Positions 49,242 through 62,864 of a stretch of DNA of 64,000 bases are shown here, piece after piece (position 1 is the first letter of the stretch; the number at the start of each line of letters is the position of its first letter). Source of the stretch: Tubulanus polymorphus (lineage: Eukaryota; Animalia; Nemertea). The position numbers and the translations under genes are program-made. Under the pieces are notes generated by a model. The model had not been told where the DNA came from, searched no databases, and worked only from the letters and a program-made list of their open reading frames with translations. The stretch lies in the NCBI RefSeq assembly GCF_964204645.1, contig NC_134025.1:19133101-19197100 (forward strand), in the 5' to 3' direction.

Positions 49242-51599
49242 AGTTGACAAACCAATAATTCGTCAGTTTGTTGTTATTTATATGTCTCGGAGCAAAGACC
49301 TGTCTGACACTAATTGGTGTAATTAACAGTTTAGCAAAACATTAGTCTGTAATGAAGAATGTATAAAATGTATCATCTTTAATGTAAAGGGGCAGTCTGT
49401 GTTTGGAGTTCTTACTAAAAGGACATTCTACCAACCGGACAATATTCAGCGAGTTGAAAATAAATACATAAATTTCATGAACGAAAGCTTGACGAGTTGC
49501 TACTTGGAGTTCTGATCGGAATATTCTACAATAAACACTGAAGCGAGTTTACTGTTGTTAAATTGGTGGAGAACCCGTGAGCAGAGAACCGGTACGTATT
49601 TGTCAACAACGCAGCTACAATAATCATCTGAAGCAGATAAACAGTCATCAGCACCAGAGCGAGATAAGAAAATCATGACGTTCTTCATCAACGACCAGCC
49701 ATTGGAGTGGAGAAACTACCATGATGGAAAAACCCAGCATCAAAGAAACTATCTTCAAGTGCCAAAGAACTTCCATGATAAATGTGAATGGTGTGGTAAG
49801 TGGGATAAGGTCTATTCACACAAGTGTCATGCATTGATATCTAGGTGTAATCTTTGTAAGCAAATAGGAGATTTCGTTCAATGTTGTAGATTTAGGAATA
49901 CGGGAATAGATAATAAATGCTCAATTCAAAATAATATAACAAACGAACCTAAAATTAAAATTAAATGTGAAAAGCAGAAATCAAGAGATAAAATAGGATT
50001 TCAAGAATACAATCTTAGAAAATTCATAGCTTGCCAAATGCCCTTTAATTCATTAGGAACTGCAATGTTCATAGAGGTTAACTCTAGTCACCAAAATTAC
50101 AGAAATGAAATTTCTAAATTTAAACGAGATATGAAAATCTTGCAAATTATTAACGAGGAATTAGAATCTGAAAATTTGGCATTTAGACTCGAACAGAAAC
50201 ATAAGGAAGGTATTGTAGCCAAAGCCAAAATTGATACTGACAAATTGGCAAATCAATTATCTGACACCAAAATAATAGTGGAACAGCTTAAAGCTAACAA
50301 AACCACTCTGAGTCAAGAAATAACCGAATTGAATTTTGAACTAGAGAAGTGGCGATCGCAAAATACAGAACAAATATGTAAAATAGAACAGTTACAAAGA
50401 CAAATCAGTATAAACGAACAACATAAACAGAGCGTTAAAAAGACCTAGTGACCAATTGTCAGAAGATAACAAAAATCTTAGAAACAAGTTAACAATCTTG
50501 GAGAGAGAACACATGTTTGTTAATCCGGTCAAAATATCAGAATGTACTGTCTTAGCTGAGCATTTGGATAATACTAAAAAGAACTCTGCCAGAACAAATT
50601 GCATTGTGGGACCTGGCTAGCTATAGGCCACAACGTAGATTTGGATAATACTAAAAAGAACTCTGCCAGAACAAATTGCGTTGTGGGACCTGGCTAGCTA
50701 TAGGCCACAACGTAAATTTAGAAAACCTTTTCGCAAGGTTGACACTGGCAGTAGATTGGATCTAGGTATCCACGTCTCCATTACAGTGATCAATCGTCTA
50801 TATATGATTAAAGCATTTTCTGAGCCTTTCCAAATACAGATGCAAAACAATATATTCGTCCCTGGTGACGCATCAGTGAGGGATCTTAAATGCGAAATGC
50901 GAGATACATGGCTTAAGGAATTTTATCCATTGGAAATTGACAGTATGTTTTTAGTTTGTGAAATTAAAAAAGGTCAACGATTTAGGTTAAATGATGATTT
51001 GAAATTAACTAATATAGCCAAAGACTGTGGTCTTACGTTGCCACTGCTCTTCGACATAAAATCTAAATTTGACTAATACAAATATATTATGATTCCCTAG
51101 ACTTTAAATTAGTAAAATTCTCATCAATGCATGTTTACTTGTGTAATGTCTGTCCTGGTTGTCCACACCGATAGAATTTGAGAACGGAACTGTAAATTTC
51201 GGTCTCTTTCTGTATCGCAATATAATTCATTCTCAGAACATTGCCGCCATCAACAGAGTTACGCCATTGGAGTTAGCGTGCAGTGAAAACTCGTATATCG
51301 TGAACTTTTAACGACGACGAAAGCACGTGTATATGGCAGGAATGAATTTAGTAAAACTCTTTTTACTGTGATTACGAAACATGTTGATATTCTATTCAGC
51401 TTTTGCTGACAAAAGTTTGAAGGATAGTAAGGAAGGATTTAGAAACAATAATATACATGTATACTTTTAATCGCGCTGTTGTTTTAATTCACCATTAATT
51501 AATTATTACTCACACAATCAGTTAGACATCTGTCAATTCGACACCTGTGACAACAGTTTGTTTTGTAATTAATTGTGTGCTCAAACATGTCTGTCAACT
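49242..51599 (+). mobile_element. Putative short-TIR or solo-LTR-like expression cassette
   Basis: Ends AGTTGACAAAC / GTCTGTCAACT; TATAAAA at 49362 with GCAGTC Inr-like site at about 49394; intronless ORFs inside; no clear TSD. Confidence 0.5.
49675..51076 (+). pseudogene. Zinc knuckle, coiled coil and ubiquitin-like domain protein, broken by a stop/frameshift and a 78-bp tandem duplication
   Basis: CEWCGK...HKCHA...CNLCKQIGDFVQCC resembles Gag double knuckles; long heptad region; C-terminal ASVRDLKCEM...MFLV...RLNDDLKL resembles a Ubl fold. Confidence 0.6.
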
Positions 51600-52319
51600 T
51601 TTATAGAATTATATAAATAGAATGTAAATCCATGAACAAGCAGTTGAGTTTGAGACGAGTCTTGGAGCCTGAAATATCTTGCAGGCAAATTCCCTATATT
51701 TGTTATTGTCGCATGGGCCGCGAGCGGGGGACTTGGTATCCGCCTCCGTCCGTCCGTCAGTCAAAATGAGCTTGTGAAAATTCTCGTGATTAGACCAAAA
51801 AATGATACCTTGTTTCTCATTCCCCGACTGGGTCTGATAAATTAACAGTAAAAATTGTAACCAGAGGCCCATGGGCCTGAAGCATTGGTAGATTAAACTG
51901 CGGTAAGGTATTAATTGGTTAATGCTTCACATCTGCCACAAATGTTCTATGACGATGTTGACTGGGAGGACCACAGACCTAAGAATTGAATGAATTTCAT
52001 TTTACTGTCGAACTATTCAGCCTACGCTATTTTATTGTTAAACCTCATTAATGCAATTTTGTTATAGACAAAACTAGTTTATTCTGATGTTTTCCATGAT
52101 GTCCTAGCCAAGAGATTTATATCAATCAAAATTTGTATACAAAAACCCATTTAATACAACAATTTCGGCACTTTCCCCTACACAAGATTCGCATTCAACG
52201 TACAACCTTGCAGCAATCATTTGAAATGATTATTCCAAGGTACAACTGTAAGGGTAATCTCAACTGACTGTGGTTTTTCTTGCATGAACTGTTAGGCCCT
52301 ATTGCTGAATGATGAGAAC

Positions 52320-53184
52320 AACTAGGGGTCCAGGGACACCATGCCCACTTGGGAGGTGGTTTCAAATGCTCAACAATCTAACATTTTCAATATTCAAACA
52401 AATTTCCAATACATTGTGCTAACACAATATGCTTAGGTATCAATATAATGTGGAAAAACTTTTTCCCACCTACGAATGAGTACTGATGACGCCAATATGG
52501 CTGCCAATTGCGCCATAATTGGCTGATCAAAAATACATGTCAATACAGGTCATAGGTCGGCCATCTTGAGTCCGATCGACCCAATTTTTCTTATGTTGAT
52601 GGGCCCTTGGGAGGTACAAATATACACAAACAATCAAGGTTATTGATAAAAGTGTCTTCAAAATTTCCCTCGAAAACTTCGAAAATGTGTAAAAAGTGCT
52701 GATATTGGCAAACAACAATGGCTGCCAGTCGGCCATCTTGAATCTGATAGGGCCAGTTTTTGGCCTGAAGATGTGTCTAGGGTAGATACATGTATAAACC
52801 AAATATCAAGACATTACCTTGAAGCGTCTTCAAAACTTCCAATAACTGGATTCCGTCTACGGACGAACGGACAAACGGACGGACGGACGAAAAGTGAACG
52901 CAATAGCCCGCTGGGACTAAAGTCCCAAGTGGGCTAAAAACGTGTAAAAAGTGCTGATTTTGGCAAACAACAATGGCTGCTAGTCGGCCATCTTGATTCT
53001 GACAGGGCCAGCTTTTGGGCTGAAGATGTGTCTAGGGTAGATACATGTGTAACCAAAATATCAAGACATTACATTGAAACGCCTTCAAAACTTCCCAAAA
53101 TAACTGGATTCCGTCTACGGACGGACGACAGACGAAAAGTGAATGCAATAGCCCACTGGGACTAAGGTCCCAAGTGGGCTAAAA
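52320..53184 (+). mobile_element. Pearl/HINE family A, deleted copy plus tandem partial 3' copy
   Basis: ACTAGGGGTCCAGGGACACC start, subTIR GCCCACTTGGGA/TCCCAAGTGGGC, (GACG)n, hairpin GGGACTAAAGTCCC. Confidence 0.85.
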
Positions 53185-54006
53185 CCTACAGTAGCGGCAA
53201 ATAAGCATCGCGATATTGCAATTTACGACAAACGTGTAAATTTAATCACTGTTGTGGTGTTCAACGCATGGAAAAGATAATAGGAGTTATTTTTCCGTAG
53301 TTTACCGTTTGATTTTTCGTGTCATCATGAAATGGTTTTAACTTTAGTAAAGGCGTTCCTGCGCGATCAACTCCAAGACATAACTTACCTATACGGGTTT
53401 CAGTCATGAGTAGGCCAACTGTTCCACTGCTCCAGAAATATGTATTCTGCCGCTGAGAATTAATCCCAATTAATCTCATTGCTTCTGATAGGAGGAATAA
53501 CAGTGATATTTAAAGACTATGATATTTATATACCAGGGTTACATAAATTTATGTTTTTCTATTCAAAAGAGGCCATCCCCCATTCTTCACTGCCAATGTC
53601 GATGCGGACATATCACTACGCAATTGCTTAACCCCCTCTGATCTACCACATAACTAACGAGAAAAATGCGATAGAATAACTTTTTGGGCCAATTAATCAG
53701 AAATCCAGCAACGCTATCTTGTAGGGAATAATTGAAACATTATTTTGAGTCATTTTCAGCTGTGTCTAATGTTTTACGAGAACAGAGTTACAATTTGAAG
53801 TTACTATGAAAATGAGAAGAGTCGGCGCTTTATTACTACGACTTTTGATCCATTTTACTAGCATTGGCATGACGTCATCGACGTCAACCAATGCTAAAAA
53901 TAAAATGCTGCCGGCCAGGCTTAAGAGTTAACACCTTTTTCTTTTTATGATGAAAATAAAAACCGGCCGGGCAGGTCAATACAAGTAGTATATGGTAACG
54001 ACTTAA

Positions 54007-55212
54007 AACTAGAGGTCCAGGGACACCATGCCCACTTGGGAAGTGGTTCCAAATGCTCAACAATCTAACAATTTCAATATTCAACGCCCCCTGGTGACCA
54101 TATACAGAATCCAATGAACTTGAAACTCACCACAATCATAGAACATGTCAGCAGCTACGATTTTGTAATTGATTGTGATAACAAAATATGCCTCGTTACC
54201 ACTTTAATATGGAAATACTAAAGTATTCTACTATTCAACGCCCCCTGGTGACCATATTCAAAACCCAATGACCTTGAAACTCACCACAATCATAGAACAT
54301 GTCACGAACTATAACTTTGTAATTGATCATGGTAACAAAATATGCCTAGGTACCGATATAATAAGGAAATACTAAGACTAAGTTATTCTACTATTCAACA
54401 CCCCCTGGTGACCATATAGAATAACTAATGGCCTTAAAACTTGCCACAATCATAGATGATGTCATGAGCTACAACTTTGCAATTGATTGTGGTTACAAAA
54501 TATGCATTGATACGAATATAATATAGAAATACTAAGATATTGCATTATTCAACGCCCCCTGGTGGCCATATACAAAAACCAATGGCCTTGAAACTCACCA
54601 CAATCTACAACTTTCTAAATGATTGTGGTAACAAAATACGCTTAGGTATCAATATAATGTCATAATTGGCTGATGAAAATTACCTGTCTCAGGTATAAAA
54701 AATCCCTTTCCAAAGAATACCCATCACAAATTGCAATGAGAAATGATAAACCAGTAGGAAGCTACAGGACTCAGAATTTGGGCCAAAATTAACATTTTTG
54801 GGCACTAAAAAGGTCATAGGACGGCCATCTTGAGTCCGATCGACCCAATTTGTGTTATGCTGATGGGCCCTGGGGGAATTCATATATATCCGAAAGATCA
54901 AGGTAATTGATCAAAGCGTCTTCAAAATTTCCCTCAAAAAGTTCAAAAATGTGTAAAAAGTGCTGATTTTGGCTAACAACAATGGCTGCCAGTCGGCCAT
55001 CTTGAATCTGACAGGGCCAGTTTTTGGGCTGAAGATGTGTCTAGGGTAGATACATATGTAACCTAAATATCAAGACATTACCTTGAAGCGTCTTCAGAAC
55101 TTCCCAAAATAACTGGATTCCGTCTACTGACGGACGGACGGACGCACGGACGGACGACGGACGAAAAGTGAACGCAATAGCACGCTGGGACTAAAGTCCC
55201 AAGTGGGCTAAA
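54007..55212 (+). mobile_element. Pearl/HINE family A copy
   Basis: subTIRs, about 4 core repeats of about 155 bp, (GACG)n, 3' hairpin. Confidence 0.9.
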
Positions 55213-56294
55213 AATCATATGCCGAATAGCGTGAGGGCAGGACTCGAATCTACTACAACACTCCAACAATGGAAGTCATTGTTCCGTAACATCGACTTGT
55301 ATTCAGACTACTCTAACTTGTCATTGTTACGTGCGATATGCACCGTAGCATTCGTTATCTTTAACGGATACACGAGAGTATAAGGCTATATTGCCTACGC
55401 GAACTGTACATGAACGTGAACGCTCATCCGCAGTTAACAAACTAATACAAATAATCAGGCTCCAAAACGGATCGCTAATGTGAACATCAATAAAATGACT
55501 TCAATTAATGATGATAAAACAAGTATTCCACTCGTGTAAATACCATCTCTAAAAATTCGATGCTATCATCAATGAATCAGCCGAAGTAAATTGCAGCATT
55601 TCGAACACTCCCTAAAGAAAAACAACTGACGAAATATCTTTTTGCTTAATCCGTTCAATTAGCCCATTGTTAGCGAAATTACAGGTTACTGAAATTGCGT
55701 TTGAGTGTGCTAAATAGCTTTGAGCATATTGTATTAAGCATACGAATGACTATCGATCGGCCAGACTGTTGACATAGGCCAAAAACCGATGATCCACTGC
55801 CTGTCCCTTCTGGTTATAGTAAGACTTTTATCGGGTAGGCTATGTACCACCAAAACTGACTGAGCTAAAGTGTAGGCCACCTGATGTGATCTCAAGTCAA
55901 GTTGAAATAGACATTAGACCTAATTGATCGAACCATTTACTACGAGGTTCAGCACTGTTACCCCAACAACGATTAGAACAGGTGACTTACTAATATTCTG
56001 ATATCACCCTTTTTCCAGCGCAATTGCACTTTCGTACCCCCCTCCCAAAAATGTTTATTTCTGTATATCATTGATCATGGAGGTCTGGAGAATCAAAATA
56101 AATTACTTTAAGTCAAAATTCTGATAATTAAGGGTCGGCCATGTTTCTGCACTAATCACCACCTAAAAACGCCTGAACAAATATGTCTTAATAAATTTAA
56201 TTTAATTGAATTGACAAAATTTCGTTTTTGGGCATATAACTTTCCTTCATCAGAACATATTTAAATCAATAGCTACACATGAAAATAATGCACC

Positions 56295-58149
56295 AGTCAC
56301 TGAAAGTCCACGCCCTACGGGGCCGGAAAACAAAAATTAGCGCTGGCGGCGCTAGGATCGCTCGGTCGGGACTTTTCTTCCACCGCTATCGGTAACGTTA
56401 TTTTCATCGCTACCGTAGCGCTATGGATCGCCTACACAGGGGATTCCTGCGCTATTAATCGCTTCAGTATTCGGGGAATTGTGCGATATGGATTGGCGTG
56501 GGGTACCAGGAATACTTTAACACTAAAACTGGCATCTGCAGTTTGAGAATTCTGAAATTCTATTTCTCTAAACGATATCATCAGAAAAATATTACAAACC
56601 AATGTTTGAACTAGGGGTCCAGGGACACCGTGCCCACTTTGGAAGTGGTTTCAAATGCTCAACAATCTAACAATTTCAATATTCAACGCCCCCTGGTGAC
56701 CATTTACAAAAACCAACGACCTTGAAACTCACCAAAATCATAGAACATGTCAGCAGCTACGATTTTGTAATTGATTGTGATAACAAAATATGCCTCGTTA
56801 CCAATTTAATATGGAAATACTAAGTCATTCCACTATTCAACGCCCCCTGGTGACCATATTCAAAACCCAATGACCACGAAACTCACCACTCATAGAACAT
56901 GTCATGAACTACAACTTTGCAATTGATCATGGTAACAAAATATGCATAGGTACCAATATAATAACAAAATACTAAGTTATTCTACTATTCAACGCCCCCT
57001 GGTGACCATATAGAAAAACTAATGTCCTTAAAACTCGCAACAATCATAGATGATGTCATGAGCTACAACTTTGCAATTGATTGTGGTTACAAAATATGCA
57101 TAGGTACGAATATAATAAAGAAATGCGAAGATATTGTATTATTCAACGCCCCCTGGTGGCCATATACGAAATCCAATTACCTTGAAACTCACCACAATCA
57201 TAGAACACGTTATGAGCTACAACTTTCTAATTGATTGTGGTAGCAAAATACGCTTAGGTATCAATATAATTTGGAAAAACTCTTTCCCACTTATGCATGA
57301 GTACTGGTGACATAAAGATGGCCGCCAATTGCGTCATAATTGGCTGATGAAAAATACCTGTCTCAGGTATAAAACATCCCTTTCCAAAGAATACCCATCA
57401 CAAATTGCAATGAGAAATGGCAAACCAGTAGGAAGCTACAGGACTCAGAATTCGGGCCAAAATTAACATTTTTGGGCAGTAAAAAGGTCATAGGACGACC
57501 ATCTTGAGTTCGACCGACCCAATTTTTGTTATGTTGATGGGCCCTGGGGGGATTCACATATATCCGAAAGATCAAAGCGTCTTCAAAATTTCCCTCAAAA
57601 AGTTCAAAAATGTGTAAAAAGTGCTGATTTTGGCGAACAACAATGGCTGCTAGTCGGCCATCTTAATTCTGACAGGGCCAGTTTTTGAAGATGTGTCTAG
57701 GGTAGATACATGTGTAACCCAAATATCAAGACGTTACCTTGAAGCGTCTTCAAAACTTCCCAAAATAACTGGATTCCGTCTACGGACGGACGGATGAACG
57801 GACGACGGACGAAAAGTGAACGCAATAGCCCGCTGGGACTAAAGTCCCAAGTGGGCTAAAAAGTGATCTAATTGAGCTCTTAAAAACGGTAAAAATATGA
57901 ATATATGGAAATAAAAAGTTAGTTGTTGAAGATGGCGCTAGCTAGCGCTGTGGGTCGCTATGGATCGACGTTGCGGGTGAGGACGTCGGCGCTATTTGAT
58001 GCTGTGGATCGGGCCCGTACACAAGGACTAGTCGCTAAAGCTACGCTGTTACCGGTATGTGATCCACTCATTTTTTCGCCTCTGTCCCGGCGCTATGGAT
58101 CGATAATTTTGGTTTCCCGGCCCCCATAGGGCGGGAACTTTCATTGACT
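56295..58149. mobile_element. MITE with TIRs of about 45 bp, interrupted by a family A HINE
   Basis: AGTCACTGAAAGTCCACGCCCTACGGGGCCGGAAAAC / GTTTCCCGGCCCCCATAGGGCGGGAACTTTCATTGACT; subterminal GCTATGGATCG repeats. Confidence 0.75.
56609..57860 (+). mobile_element. Pearl/HINE family A copy
   Basis: Same architecture as 54007-55212. Confidence 0.9.
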
Positions 58150-59297
58150 AAAGTCTATTTATTTTAGATTGTCCACGATCTTTTCGGGATATTTCGCTTA
58201 ATTTTGGGTGTGCATACCTCAAATAGGTCTTAAACCAATCAGCAGAGTTGTGCAGTCCAGATAAATCATCGATTCTATGTCCATTTTACACTGTTTAGAA
58301 GGATTGATGAATATTCTTGAAAACTGAGCTTTAAATCAGCGAGAAAGACTGCCATTTTGTTAATTTTTGCTTATTTCTTCATGCAAATGAGGCATTGCAC
58401 ACATGCGCAATGAGGGGGGGATGCGTCAATTATATCATGGGGGATGAAGCAGCTTCTTGTCGCCAAGAGACCAATCAACAACTCACAACATTACCCAAGA
58501 AAGCTGTTTTAGTTGTAGCGTTTTTTAACGTAAATACATTAAATGCAATTCCACATAGATAAGATAGCGTGACGAAGGCACCACCTGGTGTTGGTCTAAG
58601 GTAATAAATATGGCGTCGCTACAAGAGTTCGTTTCCGTCGCATGATCCCCTGGAGAGGAATCGTGAAGAGGCATCCTGCCGCCGGAAATAATCTTAAGTA
58701 GAGGTTTAATCGGAAGTGAAAAGTAAGAAAATTGGCATATCAACAACGAAAGTAGCTATAGATTCGCTATAGATAAAGTATATAAAATCATTCCTCAGAG
58801 GTCAGTATCACCACTCCCCAGCGAACAAAAAGGGAAAATAACACAATACGCGGGGCCAGCGCGTACCCTCCTGGCTATTTCCACACCGTGCACGTGGAAT
58901 CTTCTGCACATAAACTCTGCCCGTCGATGCGGCGTGCACCGAACGAATCACTGCGATTCCCCTGAGCTTCTCCGCAACATCTCAATAAAATGGGGTCCTC
59001 GAGAGTAGTTAAGGCCTCATCCTCAAGCGGAACTGTGAATCACGAAAAGAACTAAGTTTACGAGTAGGATTTTAGGTAAAAGCATAACTATGAGAATTAT
59101 ATATTATTCGAAAATGTATAAGGTTTTGTAAATATACACGATAATTTTTCACTGTACAAATTATTCGTTATATGTACAACAAATGTACATTATATATATA
59201 CCTATACGTATACATATACATATATATATCTTAAACTTGACTATAAATTTCAGTTCCTCGAAGGAAATAAATATAGTGCGCCGCGAACACTCGAAGC

Positions 59298-61800
59298 ACT
59301 AGGGGTCCAGGGACACCGTGCCCACTTCGGAAGTGGTTTCAAATGCTCAACAATCTAACAATTTCAATATTCAATGCCCCTGGACCCATATACAAAAACC
59401 AATGACCTTGAAACCCACCAATATCATAGAACATTTCAGCAGCCACAATTTTGTAATTGATTGTGATAATAAAATATGCCACATTACCAACCTAATATGA
59501 AAATACTAAGTTGCTTTACTATTCAACGCCCCCTGGTGACCATATGCAAAACCCACCAATGACCTTGAAACTCTCAACTATCATAGAACATGTCATGAAT
59601 TACAACTTTGCAATTGATCATGGTAACAAAATATGCCTAGGTACCAATCTAATAAGGAAATACTAAGTTATTCTACTATTCAATGCCCCCTGGTGACCAT
59701 ATAGAATAAATAATGTCCTTAAAACTCACCAAAATGATATATGATGTCATGAGCTACAACTTTGCAATTGATTGTGGTTACAAAATAAGCATAGGTACAA
59801 ATATAATATAGAAATACTAAGTTATTGTATTATTAAACGCCACCAATGACCTGAAAACTCACCAAAATCATAGAACATGTTATGGGCTACAACTTTCCAA
59901 TTGATTGTGGAAACACGCTTAGATGTCAATATAATGTGGAAAAACTCTTTCCCACCTACGAATGAGTACTGATGACACCAAGATGGCCGCCAATTGCGTC
60001 ATAATTGGCTGATCAAGAATACAGGTATAAAAGATCCCTTTCCAAAGAATACCCATCACAAATTGCAATGAGGAATGGCAAACCAGTATGAAGTTACAGG
60101 AACCAGAATTTCGACCAAAATTGACATTTTTGGGCACTAAAAAGGCCTGATCGACCCAATTTTTCTGAAGCTGATGGGTCCTTTGGGGGTTCAAATATAT
60201 ATGAACCATCAAGGTAATTGATCAAAGCGTCTTCAAAATTTCCCTCAAAAACTTCAAAAATGTGTAAAAAGTGCTGATTTTGGCGAACAACAATGGCTGC
60301 CAGTCGGCCATCTTGATTCTGACAGGGCCAGTCTTTGGGCTGAAGATGTGTCTAGAGCAGATACATGTGTAACCCAAATATCAAGACATTACATTGAAGC
60401 GCCTTCAAAACTTCCCAAAATAACCAGATTCCGTCTATGGACAGACGGACGCTATGACGCTACGACGGACGGACGGATGAAAAGTGAACGCAATAGCTAA
60501 CTAGGGGTCCAGGGACACCATGCCCACTTGGGAAGTGGTTCCAAATGCTCAACATTCTAACAATTTCAATATTCAACGCCCCCTGGTGACCATATACAAA
60601 AACCAATGACCTTGAAACTCACCACAATCATAGAACATGTCAGCAGCTACGATTTTTTTTCAGCTACGTAATTGATTGTGATAACAAAATATGGCTCGTT
60701 ACCAATTAAGTATGGAAATACTAAGTTATTCTACTATTCAACGCCCCCTGGTGACCATATTCAAAACCCAATGACCTTGAAACTTACCCTAATCAAAGAA
60801 CATGTCACGAACTATAACTGTGTAATTGATCATGGTAACAAAATATGCCTAGGTACCAATATAATAAGGAAATACTAAGTTATTCTACTATTCAACGCCC
60901 CCTGGTGACCATATAGAATAACTAATGGCCTTAGAACTTGCCACAATCATAGATGATGCCATGAGCTACAACTTTGCAATTGATTGTGGTTACAAAATAC
61001 GCATTGATACGAATATAATATAGAAATACTAAGATATTGTTTTATTCAACGCCCCCTGGTGGCCATATTCAAAAACCAATGACCTTGAAACTCACCACAA
61101 TCATAGAACACTTTATGAGCTACAAGTTTCTAATTGATTGTGGTGACAAAATACGCTTAGGTGTCAATATAATGTGGAAAAACTTTTTCCCACCTACGAA
61201 TGAGTACTGATGATACCAAGATGGCCGCTAATTGCGTCATAATTGGCTGATCAAAAATACCTGTCTCAGGTATAAAACATCCCTTTCCAAAGAATACCCA
61301 TCACAAATTGCAATGAGAAATGGCAAACCAGCAGGAAGCTACAGGACCTAGAATTCTGGCAAAATTGACATTTTTGGGCACTAAAAAGATCATAGGACGG
61401 CCATCTTGAGTCAGATCGACCCAATTTTTCTTAAGCTGATGGGCCCTTGGTAGATTCAAATATAAACTAAAGATCAAGGTAATTGATCAAAGCGTCTTCA
61501 AAATTTCCCTCGAAAACATGTAAAAAGTGCTGATTTTGGCGAACAACAATGGCTGCCAGTCGGCCATCTTGAATCTGATAGGGCCAATTTTTTGGGCTAA
61601 AGATGTGTCTAGGGTAGATACATGTATAAACCAAATATCAAGACATTGAAGCGTCTTCAAGACCTTAAAGCGTCTTCAAAACTTCCCAAAATAACTGGAT
61701 TCCGTCTACGGACGGACGAACAAACGGACGCTATAACGGACGGACGGACGAAAAGTGAACGCAATAGCCCGCTGGGACTAAATTCCCAAGTGGGCTAAAA
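59298..61800 (+). mobile_element. Two head-to-tail pearl/HINE family A copies (junction about 60498)
   Basis: First copy lacks the terminal hairpin and runs directly into AACTAGGGGTCC of the second. Confidence 0.88.
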
Positions 61801-62864
61801 AAAGGTATAACAGGTCTGTGAGTAGAATGAGAGGAGCGATTAACGAAGAAAAGAGATAGGTTCTTCGACGTCGTAAGAGAAAGTGTGGAGTCGCCAAGTT
61901 GACTTGGGAGGACACATCGTCAGTGAATTCGTCGAAATAAAGTAAATAGCTTGATAGACGAGTCGCCGGGTTGACTCTCTACATCTGTCATCGGGAAGAC
62001 ATCTGATAATTCTTCGCTCACACTTAAACCACCACAGACCTGGATAAAACCTGACAAGCCGGAGCTCAGCCGAGCGTGTCTTTACCGAATCTTCTTGAAA
62101 ACCTGGACCGAAGTGATTATGGATACTCAAAATGCAAGAAAAGGAACCGTTTTGACGGTTGTTTACTAATCCACACGTGTTCGCGACGTTACGATAAAAA
62201 CATTACAATTTTTGAAGAGTTGAACGAAAACAAAACACCTGATTGAGCAAAAGCGCAAAAGCGCCACCCAATGTGTGTATAAATAATTAGGTGCTGACAA
62301 AAAAATGGAGGATGTCAGCACGGCAACCCGCAACAGCTGATCAAGTTGAAAACCGTTGCCAACGGTTCCACGCGGAGTCGAAAAGCAAGAAAAACGTATC
62401 TAAGGAGACCAATTAGGCATTTTGCCAACTCCCTGAACATGGTTATCTAAAAGAAAACTACAGATAAATAATAGGAAATATCGTGTCGGGCATTTTCACT
62501 ACATAGTAAATAAACATGGCTTTGTCAAAGCTATCAAAAATATGCGGTTTGGAAATGATTTAGGCCTATGATAGCGCAAGCATTGCGGCCGTGCCCGCGT
62601 AGTGAAACATGTCCGAGCAATGTACTCTCCCCATTAAACTTACCCAGATCACATGGTACACTCTGCTGATTTTCATAAAGAAGTAAACAAACTGGAACAA
62701 AATGGCGGTTTCTCTTGCCGATTTAAAGTTCGATTGTCAAGAATATTCATCAATCCTTCAACTCGGTACCAAATGGATATAAAAACGATTATTTATCTGG
62801 ACTGCACAACTTCACTGGTACGATTAAGACACAGGGGCTCGTATCAGAGTTGTAGGTAATGTAT

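Noticed and set aside
58400-59060. Promoter-like island (CCAAT, YY1-like AATATGGCG)
   Set aside because: No associated exon or ORF could be supported.
61805-62130. Minus-strand frame LLRRRRTYLFSSLIAPLILLT resembling a Cys-loop receptor pre-M1 segment
   Set aside because: No Cys-loop or other upstream motifs, no convincing splice sites, and a stop nearby; likely chance.
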